Part shown: positions 1 through 13,000 of the stretch, piece after piece | Layout: each line of letters begins with the position of its first letter | Numbering within the stretch: the stretch's first letter is position 1 | DNA from: Macrostomum hystrix | Taxonomy: Eukaryota; Animalia; Platyhelminthes | Length of the DNA stretch: 64,000 nt | Direction: 5' to 3' | Assembly: GCA_950097015.1 (NCBI GenBank) | Contig: CATNEN010000012.1 | Coordinates: 2,790,001 to 2,854,000, forward strand | Translations under genes and position numbers: made by a program | Notes under the pieces: model-generated | Database searches by the model: none | The model's input: the letters and a program-made list of their open reading frames with translations, nothing else | Told to the model about the DNA's origin: nothing

Positions 1-519
1 CGGTTCTGTCACAATGGACTACTTGAATAACAGGTTGACAATCAGGACTAGCCGCTTCATTAACCTCTTATAGGACTCAGTTCTGATTGCTGCTTGCGTG
101 ACTTCTGAGATTTGCGATACTAAAGCAGACCTGTTTCTATTCCACTGTTCCCAATTTTTCCTGTCTTTGCCTCTTCTGAAAGGTGTAGCGAGAATTTAGC
201 TAGATAGTGTGTGTGTTTGTGTCACTTCTTTGCTCATAAAAAAGCTGAACAGCAGTCAGAAATTCTTCCCGATTCGATTTGGGAAATCTCGGCCTCTGAC
301 GCCTTTTGTGTGTAGGCAAGAATGCCGAACAATGTTTGCTCGTGTCGCTTTGAGCTGATTGCTTGCTTGAGCAGTGCGTGTTACTGCGCAGATCCTCAGA
401 TCAGCGAGTCCAGATTCTGGGTCTTGTGGAAGGCTTACCTGCCGCATCAGAATGCTGTGCTTTCTGTCCCTGACTTTCTTCTGACTCCTATATCCCCCTA
501 TATTTTCCCATATTCTCCC

Positions 520-955
520 TTCATTCTCCCAACTCTCTCCATTCATTCTTCCGTCTCTATTCCTTCATTTTCCCATCTCTCTCCCTTCATTCTCCCAACT
601 CTCTCCATTCATTCTTCCGTCTCTATCTCTTCATTTTCCCATCTCTCTCCCTTCATTCTCCCATCTCTATTCCTTCATTCTCCCATCTCTATCCCTTCAT
701 TCTCCCAACTCTCTTCCTTCATTCTCCCATCTCTCTCCCTTCATTCTCCCATCTCTATCCCTTCAATTTCCTATCTCTATCCCTTCATTCTCCCATCTCT
801 ATCCCTTCATTCTCCCATCTCTATCCCTTCATTCTCCCATCTCTATTCCTTCATTCTCCCATCTCTATTCCTTCATTCTCCCATATCTATTCCTTCATTC
901 TCCCATATCTATCCCTTCATTCTCCCATCTCTCTCCCTTCATTCTCTCATCTCTC
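520..955. repeat. CT-rich minisatellite, 22-nt unit cccttcattctcccatctctat
   Basis: Direct reading. Confidence 0.9.
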
Positions 956-1073
956 TATTGCTATTGCATGCCAGTTATAACTATTGCTACACTTATTTAT
1001 TATAATAGACTCAAGTCTATAGTCAGTTAGGGAATTGCGTGCAAATAATAGTCTGTGTCTATTCAAGTAACCC

Positions 1074-1104
<31 letters not shown>

Positions 1105-1717
1105 TGGCGGCAGTGTTGTCCCTTACATAATCAATAGCGTGACATGTGGGCATTGTAGCAAATAGTATTAAAAAAACTTTAAAAAGTAAATTGAAATTTA
1201 TAGAATAGTCCAGCATAGATTAATTTTTTTCTTTAATTCATTTTCAGTCTCAATATGTCTATCAGGTAGACTTTCGCTCAGTTGTCAGTAGATAGCCAAC
1301 GCAAAGTTCTGTTCTGTTCCGCATAAAAAACGCTGTCATTATCTACTCCAAACGCCGCTGCGAAGGCCACGCCCCCCAGTCCATTGTTGAGTGTTATTTA
1401 TAAATGCCAACTCTGAATATATTGTGTTTTTATTTAAATCGGCTCGGACAATTATGGGATAATCTCCCTTCCCTTATTCTCCTACTTTTTTTACCGCTTA
1501 GCCTGCTTTGGTGTTTTGTTAACACAACAATGGGCTGAAGGATTTACAAATATACAGGGCATTGTTGGAATATCGCCCTTTTCTAGTTGGCTGGAGTTAA
1601 GCTTCAGACTAAATGTTTTCTCATTAGCAATTTGCTGGGATTTCCCTTTTGGCATAATGATACGTTGAACTGGGTGGTGCTTGACGAAGCTAGATTAATG
1701 TGCAGAAATACAGGGAA

Positions 1718-2025
1718 GGGCAAGAATCGGGAGAAAAGGAAGAATTGGGAGAAAGGGAAGAATTGGGAGAAAGGGAAGAATTGGGAGAAAGGGAAGAATT
1801 GGGAGAAAGGGAAGAATTGGGAGAAAGGGAAGAATCGGGAGAAATTGAAGAATTGGGAGAAAGGGAAGAATTGGGAGAAAGGGAAGAATCGGGAGAAATT
1901 GAAGAATTGGGAGAAAGGGAAGAATTGGGAGAAAGGGAAGAATTAAGAGAATGGGAAGAATTGGTAGAAAGGGATGAATTGGGAGAAAAGGAAGAATTGG
2001 GAGAAAGGGAAGGAGAGAGAGAAAG
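1718..2025. repeat. GA-rich minisatellite, 18-nt unit gggagaaagggaagaatt
   Basis: Direct reading. Confidence 0.92.
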
Positions 2026-2889
2026 GTAAGGAGAGAGATGGAGGGGAAAGATGGGGCGGCATTTGAGAACGGAGTTTCAGCTTGGCCAGCCATAAACCCT
2101 GTTCAGTCTGATTCATCATCAATATGAATCAGAAAATCATCAATAAGCTTTACAGCGTGAACATTTTTACAACGCCTACCCTGCCTGCTGCTGCTGCTGC
2201 TGCTGCGATTGCAGAATTAATTCCCCTGTGTCACACAAATGACGCTACGAATGAACACCTTCGCAAAATATTTACACCACCCAACCAACCCACCTGACCA
2301 TCCTTAAAAAACCTATGGGAATAATAGGAAGTTAAAGGGTTTACCCTTGCTATACTCAGCCGAATCAGAGGATTTTATTGCTTGAAAAAACTGTCGGCTC
2401 CGCCTTGCCAATTCAGCAGATTTCGTCTATATAGAGGCTTCTATGCGGAGACTGGGTCTAGCAATAATATATGAATAAAGCATGGACGTTAAGAGATAGG
2501 TGGCTGGGAATGAAGCACTATACACCGCTGTGTGTGTGAGTGTGTGTAGAATGGGATTTCACACAGCAGCTGGTCGTCATTAATAAATATGAGCTAACTA
2601 GCCTCTGAAATCTGGCATTCCGTTTCTGGCGTATACGCCTCAGCAGAGGCTTAACTCTGTGCTCAAAACTGAATATTTGACCGTGCTATCATTATTTTAG
2701 TCTACCATTGTGCTCATTGGTTTAATTCACCGCATTAAGTTATGTAGTTTAGTTCAAGATAATGATTTTTAAATTAAATAAGTTCCCAAAAAACCCGATA
2801 AAACAAAATATTTTGGGATTTAAAAAATCTTTGTGTGATCTGAGATTTCTGGGATTATTTTATTTTGGTATCTAAGAATTTTAGTTTCT

Positions 2890-5725
2890 GGAATCTGAGG
2901 AATCTTTGATTTTGGGATCTGAGGAATCTTAAATTTTGGGATCTGAGGAATCTTTGATTTTGGGATCTGAGGAATCTTTGATTTTGGGATCTGAGGAATC
3001 TTTGATTTTGGGATCTGAGGAATCTTTGATTTTGGGATCTGAGGAATCTTTGATTTTGGGATCTGAGGAATCTTGGATTTTGGGATCTGAGGAATCTTTG
3101 ATTTGGGATCTGAGGAATCTTGGATTTTGGTATCTGAGGAATCTTGGATTTTGGGATCTGAGGAATCTTTGATTTTGGGATCTGAGGAATCTTCGATTTT
3201 GGGATCTGAGGAATCTTGGATTTGGGGATCTGGGGAATCTTCGATTTTGGGATCTGAGGAATCTTTGATTTTGGGATCTGAGGAATCTTCGATTTGGGGA
3301 TCTGGGGAATCTTCGATTTTGGGATCTGAGGAATCTTTGATTTTGGGATCTGAGGAATCTTTGATTTTGGGATCTGAGGAATCTTTGATTTTGGGATCTG
3401 AGGAATCTTTGATTTTGGGATCTGAGGAATCTTTGATTTTGGGATCTGAGGAATCTTTGATTTTGGGATCTGGGGAATCTTCGATTTTGGTATCTAAGGA
3501 ATCTTGGATTTTGGGATCTGAGGAATCTTTGATTTTGGGATCTGAGGAATCTTTGATTTTGGGATCTGAGGAATCTTTGATTTTGGGATCTGGGGAATCT
3601 TCGATTTTGGTATCTAAGGAATCTTGGATTTTGGGATCTGAGGAATCTTGGATTTTGGGATCTGAGGAATCTTTGATTTTGGGATCTGAGGAATCTTGGA
3701 TTTTGGGATCTGAGGAATCTTGGATTTTGGGATCTGAGGAATCTTGGATTTTGGGATCTGAGGAATCTTCGATTTTGGGATCTGAGGAATCTTGGATTTG
3801 GGGATCTGGGGAATCTTCGATTTTGGGATCTGAGGAATCTTTGATTTTGGGATCTGGGGAATCTTCGATTTGGGGATCTGGGGAATCTTCGATTTTGGGA
3901 TCTGAGGAATCTTTGATTTTGGGATCTGAGGAATCTTTGATTTTGGGATCTGAGGAATCTTGGATTTTGGGATCTGAGGAATCTTTGATTTTGGGATCTG
4001 AGGAATCTTTGATTTTGGGATCTGAGGAATCTTTGATTTTGGGATCTGAGGAATCTTTGATTTTGGGATCTGAGGAATCTTCGATTTTGGTATCTAAGGA
4101 ATCTTGGATTTTGGGATCTGAGGAATCTTAAATTTTGGGATCTGAGGAATCTTAAATTTTGGGATCTGAGGGATCTTGGATTTTGGGATCTGAGGAATCT
4201 TAGATTTTGGGATCTGAGGAATCTTAGATTTTGGGATTTGAGGAATCTTAGATTTTGGGATCTGAGGGATCTTAAATTTTGGGCTCTAAGGGATCTTGGA
4301 TTTTGGGATCTAAGGGATCTTGGATTTTGGGATCTGAGGAATCTTAATTTTGGGATCTGAGGAATCTTGGATTTTGGGATCTGAGGAATCTTAGATTTTG
4401 GGATCTGAGGAATCTTGGATTTTGGGATCTGAGGAATCTTAAATTTTGGGATCTGAGGAATCTTGGATTTTGGGATCTGAGGGATCTTACATTTTGGGAT
4501 CTGAGGAATCTTGGATTTTGGGATCTGAGGAATCTTGGATTTTGGGATCTGAGGAATCTTAGATTTTGGGATCTGAGGAATCTTGGATTTTGGGATCTGA
4601 GGAATCTTACATTTTGGGATCTGAGGAATCTTGGATTTGGGGATCTGAGGAATCTTAGATTTTGGGATCTGAGGAATCTTAGATTTTGGGATCTGAGGAA
4701 TCTTGGATTTTGGGATCTGAGGGATCTTACATTTTGGGATCTGAGGAATCTTGGATTTTGGGATCTGAGGAATCTTACATTTTGGGATCTGAGGAATCTT
4801 GGATTTTGGGATCTGAGGAATCTTGGATTTTGGGATCTGAGGAATCTTGGATTTTGGGATCTGAGGAATCTTTGATTTTGGGATCTGAGGAATCTTTGAT
4901 TTTGGGATCTGAGGAATCTTTGATTTTGGGATCTGAGGAATCTTCGATTTTGGTATCTAAGGAATCTTGGATTTTGGGATCTGAGGAATCTTGGATTTTG
5001 GGATCTGAGGAATCTTGGATTTTGGGATCTGAGGAATCTTGGATTTTGGGATCTGAGGAATCTTGGATTTTGGGATCTGAGGAATCTTGGATTTTGGGAT
5101 CTGAGGAATCTTAGATTTTGGGATCTGAGGAATCTTGGATTTGGGGATCTGGGGAATCTTCGATTTTGGGATCTGAGGAATCTTTGATTTTGGGATCTGG
5201 GGAATCTTCGATTTGGGGATCTGGGGAATCTTCGATTTTGGGATCTGAGGAATCTTTGATTTTGGGATCTGAGGGATCTTACATTTTGGGATCTGAGGAA
5301 TCTTGGATTTTGGGATCTGAGGAATCTTTGATTTTGGGATCTGAGGAATCTTTGATTTTGGGATCTGAGGAATCTTTGATTTTGGGATCTGAGGAATCTT
5401 TGATTTTGGGATCTGAGGAATCTTCGATTTTGGTATCTAAGGAATCTTGGATTTTGGGATCTGAGGAATCTTAAATTTTGGGATCTGAGGAATCTTAAAT
5501 TTTGGGATCTGAGGGATCTTGGATTTTGGGATCTGAGGAATCTTAGATTTTGGGATCTGAGGAATCTTAGATTTTGGGATTTGAGGAATCTTAGATTTTG
5601 GGATCTGAGGGATCTTAAATTTTGGGATCTAAGGGATCTTGGATTTTGGGATCTGAGGGATCTTATATTTTGGGATCTGAGGAATCTTGGATTTTGGGAT
5701 CTGAGGAATCTTGGATTTTGGGATT
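2890..5725. repeat. Minisatellite, 24-nt unit gatctgaggaatcttggattttgg, over 110 copies, with higher-order blocks
   Basis: Direct reading; source of the ILGSEES ORFs. Confidence 0.97.
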
Positions 5726-6454
5726 TGATGGATCGGGTTCTGGAGAACTCTGGGTTGGTATTTTAGGTATATATTTATTTAATCTAAATTTTCAGGATCC
5801 CAAATGCTGAGTCCAAAATGCCCGCATCCACTTCTGGGAAGTTAAGCAGCCGTTATCCCAATCCCATCCATTCTTCCTTCCTCAACTCCGCTAGCCCATT
5901 TTCTCCCCTTTAGACCACTAATTTCCCTTATCGTTTTTTCAATCAAAGCCTATTAAAGAGTCCAGTATTCAGCCTGGTTCTTGTGGGTTTTTTTGTCCAG
6001 GCGACTTTGCCACAGTTTTTTTCGGTCCAACATCGAGAGAAGCTAGTTCGAACTGGTGGCTTTGCGTGCTGCGGCTGTATGGGACTGATTGACAAGCTGT
6101 CCCCGGCTCCCGTCTGCTCGAGACCTCCCCCCCAACTCAGTGTGCTCAAATAGTTGAGTTGCCCGCCGGCTATGCTGGCTAGTCCTGACGCAGCTCTATA
6201 CTGGCGGGGTTCAATTTTAGGGATATTTTTTCAGTCACGAAATGAGCTGGCCCTCCCAAAGTCCGATAGAAAAATATGGCCAACAACAACGATCAAAGTC
6301 CCGTTTATTTTGTGCTGAATTTTCGATCTCAATTCAGCGCCCTCCACTTGGCCGTGTCACTGAGTCATGTCTGATGTCAAACTGCTATTTTCCATGCTAA
6401 ATATGTTTGTGCCAGATAAAAAGCTTTTTATAATCTATCAAATCTCACCAGAGA

Positions 6455-6760
6455 GCAGCGCACATGGTGAGCATTAGTGAATAAAGTTCCGGCTTTCCAA
6501 TTGATCCAACATCCATAAAGGTCGGGGGTTCGATTTTCGACTCCACTGGAACAATTTGTGTCCATTTAGTAAGACAATTAACTTTGAAATGTTTCAGTTC
6601 AGCCAGATGTTAAATGGGTACCAGCGTAAGCTAAGGTAATTGAGGGTGGGTGTGGCGTCCCCCCAGTCCATGGACTGAACAGCCGTACTCATGCAGTCTT
6701 CAGATGCGCCGCGCAATAGCGGTGCAATTATGATTAATAATAACTATTATATATCCATTC
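6455..6760 (+). mobile_element. tRNA-headed SINE with CORE-like central domain (degenerate)
   Basis: B-box GGTTCGATT at 6527; then tgtgtccatttagtaagacaattaac..cagttcagccagatgttaaatgggtacc, similar to the CORE-SINE consensus as I recall it (GTGTCCTTGAGCAAGACACTTAAC..CAGCTGTAAATGGGTACC); AAT/TAT-rich tail. Confidence 0.6.
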
Positions 6761-6829
6761 AACAAAATGTTAATCTTTTTAATTCCTATTTTAACCGTCG
6801 CCCAATTCTCGCCCTCTCTCCGCTCGCAG

Positions 6830-7041
6830 CAATGCGCCAAAGCGCTGTCCGCCCAGCGGTAAAGACTGTCCCGGCAACGCCAAGTCGAATCCGTCCAAGC
6901 GTCATCGCGAGCGACTCAACGGCGAGCTGGACCACCTAGCCAGCCTCCTGCCATTCGACCAGAGCGTCATCGCCAAGCTCGACAAGCTGTCAATACTGCG
7001 CCTCGCTGTGTCCTACCTGAGGATCAAGGTGTTCTTCCAGA
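6830..7041 (+). CDS. AHR: AHR exon: bHLH domain
   Basis: Acceptor ctcgcag|C, donor caga|GTGAGT; encodes [70 protein letters not shown]. This frame is not in the ORF track because it has no start codon. Confidence 0.95.
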
Positions 7042-10000
7042 GTGAGTGCTCAAATTTCAAGTCGGCAGTTTACTGTCGAGATGGCTGTGTACTGTCGATA
7101 TGGCTGTGTACTGTCGAGATGGTTGTGTACTGTCGAGATGGCTGTGTACTGTCGAGATGGCTGTGTACTGTCGAGATGGCTGTGTACTGTCGAGATGGCT
7201 GTGTAACTGTCGAGATGGCTGTGTACTGTCGAGATGGCTGTGTACTGTCGAGATGGCTGTGTACTGTTAAATGAAGAAATAATGTCTATGCAGCAACTCC
7301 TTCTTTGCCCTGTCTGCAGACTTCTGCTTGTCCTCTCCACTCAAGCTAAAAATGATCACTTGGCCCCACCATAGACCGAATGAACAGCCGGGAGGAATCC
7401 TAGATTTCAAAAAAGCGCCTTCCCATCATCCTCCACGAAAGCCCCGCCTACCGTCCGATCCGGTCGCAGCCGTCGCCGACCTCCTGCGGCACAGCTGCGC
7501 CGCGAAGCTGTTAATCAACACAGCGGCGGCATCCGCCAGGGCCCTGCGATTGTAATTTAAATAGCGCCGGAAAACAGGAGTGGGCGAACACGCGCTCTCT
7601 CTCGGGGGACAGTTTTAGAAATAGAAGAACAGCAAGGAAGTTGGAGAAGAGCAGCTCATGCTGAGCTGTTGAGCATCAACATTCCTAGCGGGGGTCCCGC
7701 CCCTACCTGCCCAAGCACTCAAGCCACCCGTACTGTCCAGGGGGTCCAGCCACCCAGCATGTCTCCCCGCCTACCTTACTGCCGTATGTGGGTCCCGCTG
7801 AGACTATAGATGGATGGTGGCGGGGCTGCTCCCCCCCGTGAGTATGTTTTTTCGGCTCCACTCTACACCTTAAACTCCGATTCTATTCTATTATTGGATT
7901 TTAACTTTTTTTTCTTGAAATAATTTCAGCATTTTTTTCTGCGTTATTATGTTCCACATTTAGAGCCAAATGGTGCATTCCTACCGTGAAGAATTGCTGA
8001 AAAATCAATCAATGATCTATGATTGATCATGTACGAGCTAAAATGTAATTTCCCCTAAATATTTTTATATAGATAAATATGTTCTGTGGAGCATCAGAAA
8101 GGCTGTTGCTACGAAGTGTTTTTCCCCTTTCTAGCTCTTGCCGTTTTCTCCCCTCTTTTCCTCCGATCCCAATGTCTGATGAAGTGAGCAGCTTTGGCTA
8201 AAAAAAATCGCCCGTCCCCTTGCTTGCCTTCGTCCACCTCGATTCCTTCGTCAGCGCACGCGATGGCCTACGGTATTAGCCATCCGGTTGCTCGACTTTA
8301 ATTGCTTCTCTACTCCGAAAGCGAGCGACTAGCTTTCCCTTTTGCTTTGCTTTCTTTCCAACCCTTTTCCTTCAGCATCCTATATGCATCATATAGGATG
8401 CCACGCACCCGGCCTTCCTTTGTATACCTGCGACCAAATCCTAAAGCACGCTATTTAGTCTCGACTCTAATTTTCTTTATATAAACGTTTTCTTTGTCCT
8501 TCCCTTATCCGTCTATTCGCTAGCTTCACCTGTTCATTTCGCTGGAGCTAAAATTAGTTTTCCTCGCCCAGATGTCTATGGCCAGTAGAGCAGCGGGCGG
8601 TCCGGCCTAACTAAAGAAATGAAACAAAAAGACAATAGGAAACCAGCTCTAGCTAGAGTTCCCCCAATATGGCCATAGACAGTTTTGGGAACTGAACAAC
8701 TGAACTCGTTCACTATTCGCCGCCACGCACCAGTGAGCGATGAAAATATAAGCGGAACTGGGTACCCGCCCTATCGATTAACCGAGCAAGCTGAAACAAG
8801 TGGGCCCCGGGTTACAGTTATGAACTAGATGAAGAATTGAATTATCTTCTCATCCTTGCCTGAGTCTCTGTGGGTGCGGCTGGAGTTTATTGTTCGCATT
8901 TGTCACTGTGTCGCGTGTTCCAGACACGGAAGACGTCACGCTGGGCCGAAACAGTCACCTTGATATAGATGTTAGAATTTTATTTCAGCTTCGTTAATGA
9001 AAAAAGCGGGATTTAGCGAGACAGAGAGAGGCCCAGAGACCAGTGAAGCGACTCAAACTTGGGATGCAGTCAGGTGGCTACCATTTAAGAGCACCTTCGT
9101 AACCTGCCTTTTTTTTTAAAAAGAAGGGTTTTATTAAAGAAGGAGTCTTGTGCAAGAAATCAAAAGAAAACGCCGAACCCTACTAGAAAGTATTTGCGGA
9201 GCCAAACAAGGGGAAAGAATTGGTCTTGAGGATTCATCGAGGCGGACCTTGCGCGGGACCTTGCAGCCTCCGAATCCCAATTCAATATCGTATATGTTGT
9301 ACATTACGCATACCTATATGCACTAATCGATATAGGAATATAGGATACAGGTGCCAAAGAAACTGGCGAAGGCCCTGATCAATGCCATGCACTCACTATA
9401 GGCAGGGATAGTAAACATTTCTTTTGAGCAATGGCAACATTTCGCTGCTTCCTCCAGCTCGTCACGGAATATTTCGTGACTCCCCAGTCCCAAGTCTCTC
9501 TGAATCTGTCTCTCTGTCTACATAGATAAGGAAGCGATAGAATTTTAGTAATTTAGTTCAAATGCCTCACTTGCACTTTATGAGTTTACCGTGCAATCTG
9601 CGTGCACTGCGTCAGAAATCTTTGGCTGCTTTTATTGCTCTAATTAAAATGCAATGTCTCTTTTTTAAAGTTATTGTCTTTAGTTCCTTAGCACTTGCTT
9701 CTACATACTACTTTACATGTACTATCTCCTGTCTCCTGTCTCCTCTGTCCTCTCTCCTGTCTCTTCTCTCCTGTCTCTTCTCTCCTGTCTCCTGTCTCCT
9801 GTCTCTTCTCTTGTCTCTTCTCTTCTGTCTCTTCTCTCCTGTCTCTTCTCTCCTGTCTCTTCTCTTCTGTCTCTTCTCTCCTGTCTCTTCTCTCCTGTCT
9901 CTTCTCTCCTGTCTCTTCTCTCCTGTCTCTTCTCTCCTGTCTCTTCTCTCCTGTCTCTTCTCTTGTCTCTTCTCTTCTGTCTCTTCTCTCCTGTCTCTTC

Positions 10001-13000
10001 TCTCCTGTCTCCTGTCTCCTGTCTCTTCTCTTGTCTCTTCTCTTCTGTCTCTTTTCTCCTGTCTCTTCTCTTCTGTCTCTTCTCTCCTGTCTCTTCTCTC
10101 CTGTCTCTTCTCTTGTCTCTTCTCTCCTGTCTCTTCTCTCCTGTCTCTTCTCTCCTGTCTCTTCTCTCCTGTCTCCTGTCTCCTGTCTCTTCTCTTGTCT
10201 CTTCTCTTCTGTCTCTTCTCTCCTGTCTCTTCTCTTGTCTCTTCTCTCCTGTCTCTTCTCTCCTGTCTCTTCTCTCCTGTCTCTTCTCTCCTGTCTCTTC
10301 TCTTGTCTCTTCTCTTCTGTCTCTTCTCTCCTGTCTCTTCTCTCCTGTCTCCTGTCTCCTGTCTCTTCTCTTGTCTCTTCTCTTCTGTCTCTTTTCTCCT
10401 GTCTCTTCTCTTCTGTCTCTTCTCTCCTGTCTCTTCTCTCCTGTCTCTTCTCTTGTCTCTTCTCTCCTGTCTCTTCTCTCCTGTCTCTTCTCTCCTGTCT
10501 CTTCTCTCCTGTCTCCTGTCTCCTGTCTCTTCTCTTGTCTCTTCTCTTCTGTCTCTTCTCTCCTGTCTCTTCTCTTGTCTCTTCTCTCCTGTCTCTTCTC
10601 TTGTCTCTTCTCTTCTGTCTCTTCTCTCCTGTCTCTTCTCTTGTCTCTTCACTCCTGTCTCTTCTCTCCTGTCTCTTCTCTTGTCTCTTCTCTTCTGTCT
10701 CTTCTCTCCTGTCTCTTCTTTCCTGTCTCCTGTTTCCTGTCTCTTCTCTTCTGTCTCTTCTCTTCTGTCTCTTCTCTCCTGTCTCATCTCTCCTGTCTCT
10801 TCTCTTGTTTCTTATCTCCTCTTTTTTCTCTTCCGAGCTTCTCTAGTATCTGAAAGTGTAACTGCGAGTATATTTACGCTGGCAGATAAACTAATAAATT
10901 ATAAAGCCTTATTCTTAAAAGCACTAAACACCCTTGACACCGTTATTTACCAGTTGCAGAACTAAAAACCCCAACTGCAGCAGATTTCTAGACAGACAGA
11001 CAGATATAGCTCGCATTATAAAATGTTTCGAGTCCTCTATCTACACTCTGAGTATATGAATCTGTTTCTTTCGCTGAAACTCACTTGCTCGTCAATTTTT
11101 TTTGCCTATACCTTTTCCCCGGATGATGCTGCTGCAATCAATTATGTCTGGAGAAAATCTTCTGCTCCAGATTGGAGTCACCCAGAAATATTTGAGAAAG
11201 AGAGACAGAGAGAGAGAGAGAGAGGGCCTCATCCTCACCTGTCCCATGCTCAATCAGAACTCCTTTTTTGGGGAAAGATTTTTTGTGCCAGCGTTTTTTT
11301 AAGGAATGAGAAGAACCGTTTGGGGACAAGTCTATCCAAGCATCTTTTGATCAATGACTATCATCTGCTTGTCTTTACAAGCTAACCAGATTTTAGTTGA
11401 ATGCAGCCTAGGAGAGGTACACAATTTTAACAAATACTCCGGGTGTTCCATAATGTCTACTCGACGTTGCGTCACAAGAGTTTGCCATAGACTAAACCGA
11501 AAATGCTCAGCAGCTTAATCGTCTCATAATAGATTGAATTTTAACAGCCATTCCGAAGTCGTTCTGCTAGTTTTGCTGCAGCAAAGGACTCAAATCATTT
11601 CAGAGAGTTTCGGATACAAGGAGAAACGAGTTTAGTTGAAGAATAAGAAGCGAATTGCGTGACTCCGAGCAGGCCGGGCAGTTTGAGTTGAATCTTTAAA
11701 AAAGGCAGGCTAGGCGGGATTGAAGAGGACGAAGAGGAAGTGTCAGTCAAACTCTAGGAAGCACCGAATTAGTGGGCCAATGGTATGCCGGGACAGTTTG
11801 CTAATTAAATTAGAAATCGCATTTCTCAATCAGCAGACCCGACAGGACTGGCCGGTAGATTGTTGAAGAGCAGAATTTTCGAATATTTATAATAGATTAA
11901 TTCAGATTCTGTATGCTTTCATTATTTTATTGCTGCTGCTAGAGCGACTTTTAGCTGAAAGCGCAAGTGTCAGTGGACAGCCTGTTCGATGATTCAGTTG
12001 TGTCAGTGGACAGCCTGTTCGATGATTCAAATTTGTCAGTGGACAGCCTGTTCGATGATTCAGTTGTGTCAGTGGACAGCCTGTTCGATGATTCAAATGT
12101 GTCAGTGGACAGCCTGTTCGATGATTCATTTGTGTCAGTGGACAGCCTGTTCGATGATTCAAATGTGTCAGTGGACAGCCTGTTCGATGATTCAGTTGTG
12201 TCAGTGGACAGCTGATTCTTAAGCCCAACAAACACAACTGTCTGTGTCCAAACCCACCCCAGGCCTGTTCAGCGAACGGATGATTCAGCCGGAGTCGCAC
12301 AGGCTGCACGCGCATTTTCACAGCTACCCATTCGACCAGGTGTTCACGGAGTCGGAGGCCGTGCTGCAGTCACTTGGCGGCTTCGTGTTCATCATCACCT
12401 GCGACGGTGAAGTGTTCTACGCGTCCAAGACTGTGGAATACTACCTGGGATTTCATCAGGTGCAAACTCGACTCCCGCAACCCGTCTGTGATTTGATGTT
12501 GCACGGGTGTTAAGATACTAATCTTGTATCAATTTTAGCTACCCCTGTGTCGGTAAATGCGCAATCTGTCTCATACCGCCCCCCCATGCTCAACCTTCTG
12601 GCGCGCACCGCGCGTTTCAAGTGTCGTTTCGATCGCAAAAAATGCCTTTGATTGCATCACACTTCCTCCATTATCCCAGACTGCTCAAAATGAAGAAATT
12701 CGGAAGATGCTAATCTCGATCCCCTAATCGATCTCTTGATCTATTTTCTGAGCTTTCTCTTATCGCTCAATGCATTTGTAGCCTCCACCTGAGTGACTCT
12801 CTAACTAAACAGGCCTCTCTGCGCCACTTTTGCTCTGGAGTGGCAACTGTTCCCTGCATAAGTCTAGCTTTTTTCCGCCCTTCTCAGCTCACTAGAAACT
12901 TCGAAACAAAGAGTCTTTCGGGTTGGTTAATAATTTTTTGAACAGATGTTTACCCAATACCATGTTTTTTCACCTCGACTCTTAAAACACAGAATAACCA

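Noticed and set aside
1341-1395. YSKRR-like frame as AHR exon 1; also ccccccagtccat shared with the SINE at 6658
   Set aside because: No in-frame ATG or phase-2 donor; the 13-nt match is too short to call a SINE fragment.
2107-2133. Perfect 10-bp inverted repeat tctgattcat/atgaatcaga
   Set aside because: Isolated and short; expected occasionally by chance.
6691-6939. ORF-track protein over the AHR bHLH exon ([13 protein letters not shown]..)
   Set aside because: Wrong frame; the AHR-homologous frame is different and splices correctly.
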